The position numbers and the translations under genes were made by a program. A stretch of 64,000 nt of DNA from Macrostomum hystrix. Lineage: Eukaryota; Animalia; Platyhelminthes. The stretch lies in contig CATNEN010000038.1 of NCBI GenBank assembly GCA_950097015.1, positions 23,994,001 through 24,058,000 on the forward strand, written 5' to 3'. Positions 40,937 through 52,929 of the stretch are shown piece after piece. The notes beneath the pieces are model-generated. The model was not told where the DNA came from and searched no databases. It was given only the letters and a program-made list of their open reading frames with translations. Each line of letters starts with the position of its first letter. Position 1 is the stretch's first letter.

Positions 40937-40989
40937 CTGAAAGGTTGGTGGCAAATTTAAAGTGCTCCTTCATTCTCCCCTTCGTCAAA

Positions 40990-41190
40990 GCATTCTATTC
41001 CTTAGGTTATTGAGGCTAGACTAGCAATCCATTCTATTCCCTAGATTATTGAGGCTAGACTAGCAATCCATTCTATTCCCTAGATTATTGAGGCTAGACT
41101 AGCAATCCATTCTATTCCCTAGATTATTGAGGCTCGACTAGCAATCCATTCTATTGCTTCATCTTTAAGAATAGGCTAGCAATCCATTCC
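40990..41190. repeat. Second short array of the ~39 bp GAGGCTAGACTAGCAATCC family
   Basis: Same unit as 39922-40298. Confidence 0.85.
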
Positions 41191-41539
41191 GATTCTTCCC
41201 AGGAGCGGTCAGATCCTATTGCCCACCCCTTGCTGATCATTTGCCACACCCAATACCCTCTGTCTTTCCAGTTCCCTCAACGGTGCAAAGTGCGAATCTA
41301 TGTTTCTTAGAATTTTTCGCTGTTTCTATGAATTTTTTTCTCGCCTAATGCCCAAAATAGCATTGCTCAGGTTTGTTAGTTTAGCCAACCGGAATCAGAT
41401 TTTAGCCTTTGAGCGTCATATCGAGATAAAGAACCTTTTCTGCTGATAAATGGGATTGTCTTATCCGGGAAGGTGCAATGAACAGATAGATTCGAATTTT
41501 TAGGGATTCTTTAAGTAGATTGAGTGGATCAAGAGTACT

Positions 41540-42493
41540 AGATCGAGTAGAGTGGGGAGTAGATCGAGTAGAGTGGGGAGTAGATCGAGTAGACTGGGGA
41601 GTAGATCGAGTAGAGTGGGGAGTAGATCGAGAAGACTGGGGAGTAGATCGAGTAGACTGAGGAGTAGATCGAGTAGAGTGGGGAGTAGATCGAGTAGAGT
41701 GGGGAGTAGATCGAGTAGAGTGGGGAGTAGATCGAGTAGACTGGGGAGTAGATCGAGTAGAGTGGGGAGTAGATCGAGAAGACTGGGGAGTAGATCGAGT
41801 AGACTGAGGAGTAGATCGAGTAGAGTGGGGAGTAGATCGAGTAGAGTGGGGAGTAGATCGAGTAGAGTGGGGAGTAGATCGAGTAGAGTGGGGAGTAGAT
41901 CGAGTAGACTCGCGAGTAGGTAGAGAAGTGTTAATAGTAGATCGATTAGAGTTGAGAGTAGATAAAGTAGAGTGGAGAGTAGATCAAGTAGAGTGGAGAG
42001 TAGATCGATTTGAATAGGGAGAAGATCGAGTAGAGTGGGTGGTAGATAGAGTAGACTGGCGAGTAGATCGAGTAGAGTTGAGAGTAGATCAAGTAGAGCG
42101 GAGAGTAGATCAAGTAGAGTGGAGAGTAGATCGATTTGAATAGGGAGAAGATCGAGTAGAGTGGGTGGTAGATAGAGTAGACTGGCGAGTAGATCGAGTA
42201 GAGTTGAGAGTAGATCAAGTAGAGCGGAGAGTAGATCAAGTAGAGTGGAGAGTAGATCGATTTGAATAGGGAGTAGATCGAGTAGAGTGGGTAGTAGATA
42301 GAGTAGACTGGCGAGTAGATCGAGTAGAGTTGAGAGTAGATCAAGTAGAGCGGAGAGTAGATCAAGTAGAGCGGAGAGTAGATCAAGTAGAGCGGAGAGT
42401 AGATCGAGTAGAGTGGGTAGTAGATCGAGTAGGCTGGGGAGTAGATCGAGTAGGCTGGGGAGTAGATCGAGTAGGCTGGGGAGTAGATCGAGT
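41540..42493. repeat. 21 bp minisatellite (GAGTAGATCGAGTAGAGTGGG)n with 147- and 126-bp higher-order units
   Basis: Variant GAAGACTGGG at 41631/41778; TCGATTTGAATAGGGA at 42005/42131/42257. Confidence 0.93.
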
Positions 42494-42937
42494 AGTGTGT
42501 AAGCACTACAGTAAGTTTTGCTGTGAAATAAACCTACTTTGTACTTTAAGCTTTCTACTTGGATAGATGGAAGTCTGTAAAAGGATTGTAAAAGTTTTGG
42601 AAATAATTTTTCTCATTAGGGCGTATAAAAATGAAAACAAGAAAAATTCCTTCATTATGACCAGTCATCAGGCTCATTCTATTTAGTTTCAGATGAGTTT
42701 AGTAATCAGAAACAGATGAATCCCTAATGACCCAGGTGAAAAAAAAGTATTGTTTGCAAATATTTTTAATTCCCACTGTCTCTTAATACAATGGACTTCT
42801 GCTGCAAGCTGCAGGAATGGAAGGTTTTTTGGTCACTGGGCGAGAGGGGCGAGTGGGCGAGAGTGAAAGAGAGTGGTCAAAGTTGATGGTAATTCAGCTA
42901 TTTCAACCCCGACCTCATCGGAACTCAAATGAGTCTA

Positions 42938-43945
42938 CATAGCTAGTGTCATTATAGTGCCACAGTGAGACTATGCTGAGTACTCTAACACAGTCTATGA
43001 CTGACATAGGATGGCATAGCTAGTGTCATATAGTGCCACAGTGAGACTATGCTGAGTACTCTAACACAGTCTATGACTGACATAGGATGGCATAGCTAGT
43101 GTCATATAGTGCCACAGTGAGACTATGCTGAGTACTCTAACACAGTCTATGACTGACATAGGATGGCATAGCTAGTGTCATATAGTGCCACAGTGAGACT
43201 ATGCTGAGTACTCTAACACAGTCTATGACTGACATAGGATGGCATAGCTAGTGTCATATAGTGCCACAGTGTGACTATGCTGAGTACTTTAACACAGTCT
43301 ATGACTGACATAGGATGGCATAGCTAGTGTCATATAGTGCCACAGTGTGACTATGCTGAGTACTTTAACACAGTCTATGACTGACATAGGATGGCATAGC
43401 TAGTGTCATATAGTGCCACAGTGAGACTATGCTGAGTACTTTAACACAGTCTATGACTGACATAGGATGGGCATAGCTATAGTGTCATATAGTGCCACAG
43501 TGAGACTGTGCTGAGTACTCTAACACAGTCTATGACTGACATAGGATGGCATAGCTAGTGTCATATAGTGCCACAGTGTGACTATGCTGAGTACTTTAAC
43601 ACAGTCTATGACTGACATAGGATGGCATAGCTAGTGTCATATAGTGCCACAGTGAGACTGTGCTGAGTACTCTAACACAGTCTATGACTGACATAGGATG
43701 GCATAGCTAGTGTCATATAGTGCCACAGTGAGACTGTGCTGAGTACTCTAACACAGTCTATGACTGACATAGGATGGCATAGCTAGTGTCATATAGTGCC
43801 ACAGTGAGACTGTGCTGAGTACTCTAACACAGTCTATGACTGACATAGGATGGCATAGCTAGTGTCATATAGTGCCACAGTGAGACTGTGCTGAGTACTC
43901 TAACACAGTCTATGACTGACATAGGATGGCATAGCTAGTGACAGC
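42938..43945. repeat. 76 bp tandem repeat, ~13 copies
   Basis: CATAGCTAGT at 43091 and 43167. Confidence 0.95.
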
Positions 43946-44104
43946 TAGTGAGGGATGTTATCGGTTTGTCATGCAATCCTGCGCGTGTTTGTATTTGTTT
44001 TAGATTTAAAATATGCCATGCACGCAGTAGCACGCAGTCAGTCATAATCCCTTATCATCGTCACAATTTTCCCATCTCTTGCTATCTCTCTCTTCTAGTG
44101 GTAG

Positions 44105-44190
44105 GAGGGTGAGTGGCAGAGTGGTCTAACGCGTTTGCCGCTAGCACTAAAGTCCATGAGCTCGATTCTGCGGCGAGGCCACATTCATTT
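44105..44190 (+). mobile_element. SINE family A, tRNA-like head only
   Basis: GAGTGGCAGAGTGG...GCTCGATTCTGCGGCGAGGCCACATTCATTT. Confidence 0.75.
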
Positions 44191-44214
44191 TCGGCAGTTT
44201 ATAGTTTGTAAGAA

Positions 44215-44850
44215 ACAAACGTTTCTTGGAAACCACAGTTTCTTGGCAACCACAGTTTCTTGGCAACCACAGTTTCATGAATACCACAGTTTCTTGGAAA
44301 CTACAGTTTCTTGGAAACCACAGTTTCTTGAAAAACCACAGTTTCTTGGAAACCACAGTTTTTTGGAAACCACAGTTTCTTGGCAACCACAGTTTCTAGG
44401 AAACCACAGTTTCTTGGAAACCACAGTTTCTTGGAAACCCACAGTTTCTTGGAAACCACAGTTTCTTGGCAACCACAGTTTCATGAATACCACAGTTTCT
44501 TGGAAACTACAGTTTCTTGGAAACTACAGTTTCTTGGAAACCACAGTTTCTTGAAAAACCACAGTTTCTTGGAAACCACAGTTTCTTGGAAACCACAGTT
44601 TCTTGGCAACCACAGTTTCTAGGAAACCACAGTTTCTTGGAAACCACAGTTTCTTGGAAACCACAGTTTCATGGAAACCACAGTTTCATGGAAACCTCAG
44701 TTTCTTGGAAACCACAGTTTCTTGGAAACCACAGTTTCTTGGAAACCACAGTTTCTTGGAAACCACAGTTTCTTGGAAACCACAGTTTCTTGGAAATCCA
44801 CAGTTTCTTGGAAACCACAGTTTCTTGGAAACTACAGTTTCTTGGAAACC
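44215..44850. repeat. 17 bp minisatellite (AACCACAGTTTCTTGGA)n
   Basis: Direct periodicity. Confidence 0.95.
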
Positions 44851-44960
44851 GGTTGTTTCATGGAAGCAACATTTTCCAGGAAAGAATATCATTTTCTCTT
44901 TCTTCCAGATGTGCAACTGTTGGCTTAGTGCTTGATTGTTTGTGGATGAATCTTACTCAC

Positions 44961-45225
44961 TTGAATGCTTCCTGCATCAGACCAGTGTGCAAAGTGGGAT
45001 CATAGTCAGTGCGTCGAGGCGCGCTTGGCGGTTTCAAAATGCCTATGAGTGGCTGCGGTAATTGGTTCTGATTGAGCATTGCCTGCTGCTGCTGATGCTG
45101 ATGTTGCAGGCCGCGTCGGGGCCTCTTACCGCCCAGCAGCAGTTGGGCGGTAGGCTGCTCCGTTGAAGCTAAAATCGAATGAAATTCTGTAGAACTCTGA
45201 GTCTCCGGTGACGTGTTGCTGATGC
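44961..45225 (-). CDS. OTOP: Otopetrin exon 3 (cytoplasmic N-terminus, Q-rich)
   Basis: Open frame GISNTSPETQ...LMQEAFK; CTGCAG| and |GTGAGT; phase 1/2 matches both flanking exons. Confidence 0.75.
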
Positions 45226-45300
45226 CTGCAGGAATGCGAACCGATGGATTAAAGTGAAAGGCAGGTTGGGTAATTTAATCGTTTCTTAGACCCCAGCCTT

Positions 45301-45510
45301 GGAGGGCTGGTACCCAAGTGATAAGAGCGTCGGATTCATCCCTTAAGGGTCGGGGGTTCGTTTCCCAACTTTTCTGGAACTATGTGTACCAGCATTAGCT
45401 GGGGTTAATTGAGGGTGGCTGTGTCATCCCACCAGTCCATGGACTGAACAGCCGTACGCAGCCTTCATATAGTTGCGCCTGTGCTGTCGATAATCAATAA
45501 CTATTATTAA
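45301..45510 (+). mobile_element. SINE family B copy with internal deletions
   Basis: tRNA-like head with GGTTCGTTTCC; CAGTCCATGGACTGAACAGCCGTACGCAGCC block. Confidence 0.75.
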
Positions 45511-46554
45511 TACTACGAGCGTATTATTTATAAGGGCTTCACGGTTTTCACGGCTAGGAATCGAACTCCCTACCTTAATTGGGAAAAATAAATAAATCCA
45601 AAGATTGAAAACACACGACAAAATGACGTCAGCTATTTTCGTCAGCTTGTCAATCAATGAGTCACACCAAATGACACTCGATGCATTCGAAAATAAACAA
45701 TTATCAGGTCTGCATGTTATAGGGTAAATTAATGCAAATTAACTGGCCGAAAAATGTTAAGGTGATTTTCTGTAGCTTGGCACTGGGATGCAAGACAGTT
45801 TCAAGCGTTTGAGGGTTGAGTTCTGTTGAGTTTGCCGCAACTGCTGCTGCTGCTGACTGAGCGAACAAAATTTCATTTCCGCGTCAAGGAATTTCCAATT
45901 TCGAGTAGGGGGCGGGCGGGATGAAGCAGAAGATGAGCCATCCGAGTGGGAGGTGACATCACTGTGCCAGTCGCGATGAAGTTTCCATGATGCCATTGAA
46001 GAAGAATGTAATTACACGTGACTCACGCCCTAGTATAGACTCAATGTTCTGTGCGTCATTACATGCTGTAGTTGAGCACAGTGTAGAGTAGCTCAGGAGT
46101 GAAAAAGGAGGGAAATTATGAAAACTTGTCTTGTAAAACCAAATTGAAAATTGTTGTTTTCATATACGTGGGATAGTACGGAAAATTCTTATCAAGATGA
46201 CCTCGAAAACGGTAGCAGCAATTTCTGCAACCCACGATGGGTGAAAGTCAGTTTCTAGTAGAAGCAGAAGACAGCACAAGAAGGATCGATAGAATTTGAC
46301 CTTACTACAACTTTGAGCAGCAAAAAAATTGAGTTTAGGGAGATAAGTATGCAGCTAACCAACCCACTATCGATACGCCAGGTTATCCAAGTTTTTTCCA
46401 GCCAGCCATTTATCTGATCAAATTATCGTCAAAGTGAGGCTTCAGAAGTAGAACATGTTTTAAGAGTTGGGCACCAGTTTTTCGTGTTAGTTCAGGTCAA
46501 AATTATTTTCCTCGATAGGGACAATGTTTTTTTTAATGCAGGAAGTGCTCTAAA

Positions 46555-47400
46555 TGTGACTGAGAGAGTGACTGAATAAGAGAGTGACTGAATCAGAGAG
46601 TGACTGAATCAGAGAGTGACTGAAACAGAGTGACTGTATCAGAGAGTGACTGAAACAGAGTGACTGTATCAGAGAGTGACTGAATCAGAGAGTGACTGAA
46701 TCAGAGAGTGACTGAATCAGAGAGTGACTGAAACAGAGTGACTGTATCAGAGAGTGACTGAATCAGAGAGTGACTGAAACAGAGTGACTGTATCAGAGAG
46801 TGACTGAAACAGAGTGACTGTATCAGAGAGTGACTGAATCAGAGAGTGACTGAATCAGAGAGTGACTGAATCAGTGAGACTGAAACAGAGTGACTGAATC
46901 AGAGAGTGACTGAATCAGAGAGTGACTGAATCAGAGAGTGACTGAATCGGAGAGTGACTGAAACAGAGAGTGACTGAATCAGAGAATGACTGAACCAGAG
47001 AGTGACTGAACCAGAGAGTGACTGAAACAGAGTGACTGAACCAGAGAGTGACTGAAACAGAGTGACTGAACCAGAGAGTGACTGAAACAGAGTGACTGAA
47101 ACAGAGAGTGACTGAAACAGAGTGACTGAAACAGAGAGTGACTGAATCAGAGAGTGACTGAATCAGAGAGTGACTGAATCAGAGAGTGACTGAATCAGTG
47201 AGACTGAAACAGAGTGACTGAATCAGAGAGTGACTGAATCAGAGAGTGACTGAATCAGAGAGTGACTGAATCGGAGAGTGACTGAAACAGAGAGTGACTG
47301 AATCAGAGAGTGACTGAATCAGAGAATGACTGAACCAGAGAGTGACTGAATCAGAGAGTGACTGAACCAGAGAGTGACTGAACCAGAGAGTGACTGAATC
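46555..47400. repeat. 16/14 bp minisatellite (AGAGAGTGACTGAATC)n
   Basis: Direct periodicity. Confidence 0.95.
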
Positions 47401-48002
47401 ATGTAAAGAGCCCAATCATTGGAATGGTGAATCGTTGTGACATTGACTGATCAGTAGCATCAGTAAGTTAGCACTATCAATCACTACGTGTGAGTGAAAC
47501 TGCTTTGTTATCAACTAGCAGATGCTGCCATATGTACTTAGGTCAATCAATAGTCCTATGAATGAAGTCGCAGTAGAGCTAGATATGCATTGTAGCTATA
47601 GGCCTGTCGCGGTGTCACAGAGCTGTATAATCTATTGTATCAGTGTCTGCGTCAATTACCTTGTTACCCAAGGGCATCAGCAATTCAAAACCCTAGCCGC
47701 TAGGCCAACATAATTAATTATTAAAGCACAACACGAGAGACAGGTTTTGAGAATACCGAAAGTTGCCAAACCAACCCACTAAACCAGATGCACTACATCA
47801 GGTAAGTGCTTAAGTTTTATATATTTTATTTGTTTTAATAATCTTTGATCTATCTTTCATCTATAGTAGCTTAGTCTACGTAAAACTAGAATCTAAATGT
47901 AATAAATGATTCGACGTACAGTGGCTGCTGTATCTATGCAACGATGAATAGCAACGTGATACAAAACTGACCATAAATTGACACATTCAAAGCCGATTTT
48001 AC

Positions 48003-48300
48003 GAGACTGTGGATACTTTGTTACAAATTGAAGGTCGGGGGTTCGATTCCTGACTGCTCTGGAACAATTTGTGTTATTTAGCAAGACACTTAACTCTGAA
48101 TTGCTTCAGTTCAACCAGCTGTTAAATGGGTACCAGCATCAGCTGGGGGTAATTGAGGGTGGGTGTGGCGTCCCCCAGTCCATGGACTGAACAGCTGTAC
48201 ACAGCCTTCAGATGCGCCGCGCAATTGCTGCGGCTGTGCTGTCGGCTGCACATCTGGCCCAATTGGGGCAGGTGAAATCAATTATTATTATTAATTATTA
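48003..48300 (+). mobile_element. SINE family B (CORE-like) copy
   Basis: B-box GGTTCGATTCC; GCAAGACACTTAACTCTG...TCAGTT...CTGTTAAATGGG resembles the MIR/CORE domain; (TTA)n tail. Confidence 0.8.
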
Positions 48301-49209
48301 ATATATTGTCGAGAAATTTGTAAAGCTTAATTCTTTTTATTATAAGTTTAATGAATACTTTACTACATAAAATTAGTCGCACTCTTAGAAATGACAAATT
48401 GTCAAGTCAAACACCACGGACTGCAAACCTAGAAATTAATATACGATGAAAAATGGAAAAAAGCAGTAATGTATCATCATGCGCATAGCTTTTGAAGCAA
48501 TATGAAGGGCATATATAATTAGAGAAATTAACTGCACGGCAGCTAAACTAACACCCTATAACAAGCACGCTCGGAGCATGAAAATGATCCCCCCAGAATG
48601 CACTCAGGACACGCCAAAGTTTGCTAGCCAGCCATGACAGATTAGTTAGGAGACCTAGCAATCCCCCCTCTGCCTCCGTCCTATCCCGTGTGAGTGCGTG
48701 CATTGCCGCCAGAGCCTCAATTGCATGCAGTTATATGTATCTATCTATGCGTGTGTATAAAAAATGGTCTATCTTTAAAGCAACGGAGTTTCTATGTGTC
48801 AAGCGGGTGTGTGGTGTTTAGCTGTTGTTGCAATGAGGAGCCGGCACTTAACTGCAACCGCGTTTGGGTGAGGGGGCGCGGCGGAAATACTGCTCAAAGG
48901 AATTGGCAAGACTGTTGAGGAATGGAAGCAAGAGTTACAATCGGTTGCTTGCTTTTTTTCAGGATTAGGGCTACCATTCGCCCTATGAGTTTTTCTTCTT
49001 TTCGATGTACTTTCAAGTTTCAAGCTGTGTGACTATAGACCATGCCTCTTGTGTCAGTTTTTAATTCAGATAATAAATTTTTGGCGCGATTGAATTTGAG
49101 CATTGTGGGCCAAAAATACCTAGTTCATGCTTGGATGTTGGCAATCGTTTGGTCCAGCCGGTATGGAAATCCGTGCCTCTTTTTTCTACTGATCCCTATT
49201 CTACGAGGA

Positions 49210-49500
49210 CCACCCTATCTCCTCATTCTCCCACTCTCTCCCCATTCTCCCACTCTCACTTCCCCATTCTCCCCCTCTCTCCTCCCCATTCACCCACTCT
49301 CTCCTCCCCATTCACCCACTCTCTCTTCCCCATTCACCCACTCTCTCCTCCCCATTCACCCACTCTCTCTTCCCCATTCACCCACTCTCTCCTCCCCATT
49401 CACCCACTCTCTCCTCCCAATTCTCCCCCTTTCTTCCCTATTCTCCCACTCTCCCTCATCATTCTCCCTCTTTCTTCCCTATTCTCCCACTCTCCCTCCT
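49210..49500. repeat. ~22 bp pyrimidine minisatellite (CCCCATTCACCCACTCTCTCCT)n
   Basis: Direct periodicity. Confidence 0.85.
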
Positions 49501-49545
49501 AGCATTAGTAAACACCTAATCACAATTTCGCCGGGAATTATTTAC

Positions 49546-49817
49546 CAGAATCTGCCACACCGCCTGTACACTGCAGCGCGATACTCTCCACAATGCTCTC
49601 AGCCAGCACTGTCTCCATGCGGCCCGTAGCCGAGCTAAACTGGCTGATAAGCGAGTGCCGACCGCAGCCAGCGGGATTATTCGTTGAGCCGCCGCTTGAC
49701 ACGGTGTTCGAAGACGGAGAGGGACTGCCGACGATGTTCAATGGTGAGCGCTGCTGATGCAAAATTGCCGCCTGCTGCTTCGGTGGCTTTCGAAGCCCAC
49801 TTGAAGCAGCGTTCCAT
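49546..49817 (-). CDS. OTOP: Otopetrin exon 2 (low-complexity N-terminus)
   Basis: Open frame WNAASSGLRKPP...GVADS; CTACAG| and |GTAAAT; phase 2/1. Confidence 0.68.
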
Positions 49818-50286
49818 CTGTAGTGGTGGATTGACGGATGTAGTAAAGCAAAATAAACATTCTCCTAAATGTCAATTTCGCATTTAAAAAGAAACGTTGC
49901 TATTTATTTAGTGACTGATTATATCAGAATGGATTAATTAAAGACACAAACTTAAATATATAGATTTTTGCTCTTTAGATAGATTTTAATATAATCAAAT
50001 TAGATTGCAATGACAAATCAATCAAATCAATTTTCACAATCGAAAATATTTTTTTTCGATAGAAAATAAAGAAAATAAATCAAGTTTCATATTGTCAATT
50101 TTTTAGCTCAATAGTCAAAGCCAGTACTGATAACATTTCAAAAGAACTAAAAGCTTAACTTTTAAATTTATAAATGCATAAAAAATTAACTGCCTAACAT
50201 GTTTAAAAGATAAACTATTTATAAAAAAGCAGAAAGTCTACTAAAAAGAGTAGACAGTATAAAAAGCAGTAAAATATGAAACTCAC

Positions 50287-50822
50287 ATTCGCGCTTTCAA
50301 CACGGCCGGCCTCAACTCCTCGCTACTGGTGGTGCTGGATGAACTGCTCAATCTGCGTTGCCGCGGTGTTCCGCCAGTCGAGTTGGTGTCGCTGTCCGAT
50401 GACTGAGGCGAGCCGCAGCTGCCTTGCCGATCGTGAGAAGTTGCAGGCGCCTTTGAAGCGGACGATCTTGAAACTGATGAAGAAGTCATAGCTGATACCA
50501 CAGGCTGATGGCAGCCGACTGAAGGAGGTTCCGCATACGTTGGGCTTGACGCATAGCTACCTTCATCGTCGTTAAATTGGTTACGGCTACGGGAGGCGGA
50601 GTATGAGGCGGAGGACGAAGCGGCAAGAGCTAAGAAGGGATCTCCTCTTTTGGGATCTAATGGGGGTCTTCTTGTAGAATAGGTCTGCGAAGCTGAACTA
50701 GTTTTTGTAGTCGAAGTACCTGTACCCGCTTGTTGCACTGACTTCTCGCCGACAGCGTACAGGTTAATAACAGATGGAAAGTTTCCATGTTCAATGGATG
50801 ATTCTGAGCTACTTTCATACAT
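50287..50822 (-). CDS. OTOP: Otopetrin exon 1 (Ser-rich N-terminus)
   Basis: ATG at 50822, 178 codons, then donor AT|GTGAGT; phase 2 matches exon 2. Confidence 0.68.
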
Positions 50823-51281
50823 TGTCGTTATTTTACTCAGATCCTTTTTTCAAAGGGTCTTGCAAATTAACCAATGTGACTGTCTGGTTCGTAAATGATT
50901 ACATTGAATTGCTCGTCCAGCTTTCAAACGAAATGCTCTATTTAACTGTTCTTCGAAAGTCAAAAGTTAAATAATGCACGAATGCTAATGCACATAAAAC
51001 TTCAGTGAGATATTTTGATTCTAACTAACTCTAAATTCTTAGATTTAATAATTTAGCTATTGACAGTTCAATCATTAAAATAATATTTTTAGTGATGAAT
51101 AAGGATAATATTCTTTGTTTGACTGCTTACAACAACGATAACTAAGTAGGATAAAATATTTAAATGCATTACGGAGAACGTGTGAAATAACAGCAATTTA
51201 AATCGTCACTTGGCAAATGTTCAGTTTAAACGTTTTAAATAAGTAAATGTTATATTGCTTTTTTCTACATTTGCAATCAAA
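50823..51281. promoter_or_regulatory. Putative bidirectional promoter / shared 5' region of otopetrin and the DRAK kinase
   Basis: 459 bp AT-rich, repeat-free gap between divergent start codons. Confidence 0.45.
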
Positions 51282-51427
51282 ATGCCAAAGAACGCACTAG
51301 AGAGTTCTCAGATTTCGTCTCAGATTGACTGTCACGTTGGTGTTGCTGACATGGACAAAGATAGTTTGGTAGAGGCCACTATCACTTCGCTAAATGACGC
51401 TTACGAAACTTTAAAGGAGCTTGGACG
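51282..51427 (+). CDS. STK17: DRAK/STK17-like Ser/Thr kinase, exon 1 of 4 (model 51282-51427, 52105-52402, 52569-52839, 63272-63591; ~344 aa)
   Basis: MPKNALES...YETLKELGR; donor CG|GTAATT, phase 2, completes the GRGRFA glycine loop. Confidence 0.78.
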
Positions 51428-52104
51428 GTAATTTTTGCTTTTTTGAATACTTAAGATTTAAAGTATATACAATAGTATTGATACATTTTCCTATGAAAAA
51501 AATATAGTTAATATACCTCTCTTTAGAGGGGATTTCAGTTAACATGAAATTATACAATAATAGGTCGTAAAGAAATCCTAATAAACTTTATGAAGCATTG
51601 TTTCAATGTCTAAAATTAGTTTAATGCATTTAATTAAATTATTTATTTAATGCCTTAAAAATTGACACAAATGAAAAGTAAAATGTTATTTATTCTTGCA
51701 TACTTTTCTTTCATTTTTTTACTTTTAAAGCTTGTAAGTAATGTGCTTTTACATTCTTTATTTTAAAGTTCAAATTTAAATTTAAATTTCAGTTTAAATT
51801 TTCATTTTATCGTATCAAACATAAAATTTAAAAACAGTTAAAAATAGGTATATCCTAACCACACTGGGATTTTCGGTAAAAAAGGAAAAAGTATCAAGGC
51901 GCAAGTATTTTATTAATATAATAATAAATAATAATAATAGCTAATAATATTACTATACCATCATGCTGATTATATGAAATACTACGAGTTTATTGCTAAC
52001 CTCGAATTGGCGAGAATACTTTACGTTGAATAGATTTTATGGCACTCATTTATAATTCTTATTGCGAGAAAAAGCAAAAGCATTTGACAATTATTCTCAC
52101 CCAG

Positions 52105-52402
52105 CGGTCGCTTCGCCAAGGTGGTGGCAGTCCGACATCGCAGCAGCGGCGAGGTGTTCGCCGCCAAATTGCAGCGATGGCGCCGGTTCTGTGGCAATAG
52201 TCGCAGCATGAAGAGCATTGTGGACACGGAGATTGGCATTCTTAGAATGGCGCACAATCACGCCAGCTTTGTCCAGCTTAGACGCTGTCTAGCCACAAAG
52301 CAGGAGTCTGTCATCCTGCTGGAGACCTGCCAGGGTGGCAGCCTGCAGGACGCTGTTATGGCTGCCATCGGCGATGATTGTGAGGAGTGCAATGGCGGAC
52401 GG
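52105..52402 (+). CDS. STK17: DRAK/STK17-like kinase, exon 2
   Basis: GRFAKV, FAAK catalytic Lys, alphaC Glu (TEIGIL), LLETCQGGSL; CCCAG| and |GTGAGT. Confidence 0.88.
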
Positions 52403-52568
52403 GTGAGTTCAGAAATTTAGGAATTGTTTTTTTAGAAAAATGGTCGAAATAAATTTTTTATAGGAAAGACGCTGAATTGAATTTTAATGAGGAGAAGAGA
52501 GAGAGAGACGCTCAGATTTGTGATTGTATCCGAATATCTAAGTTCTCAAACAAAACCAAACAAAACAG

Positions 52569-52839
52569 CAAGAGCAGCAGCAGCACCTGACCTTCTGTCG
52601 GCAAGCCGCCACTCGCCTTCTCTCCGGCCTAGACTTTCTGCACAGTCGCCGGATGTGCCACTTGGACGTGAAGCCGTGCAACCTGTTGCTGCGCAGGCCC
52701 TATCCGGACTGCGACCTGTGCATGTGCGACTTCGGCCTTGTAAAACGACTCGGCGATGACGTCTCAAGCAACGTCACGCTGGACGGAACGCCAGACTATG
52801 CCGCACCGGAGGTGCTTAACTATGAGCCGATAAGTACCG
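52569..52839 (+). CDS. STK17: DRAK/STK17-like kinase, exon 3
   Basis: HLDVKPCNLLL, DFG, GTPDYAAPEVLNYEPIST; donor G|GTGAGA. Confidence 0.9.
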
Positions 52840-52929
52840 GTGAGAAATGCATCTGTTCTCTTTGTGGAGTGAAGCTTCAGATACGCTTTTTGAGGTGTGA
52901 GGTTTGAGCGACCCTCTTTGAGTTTTGAG

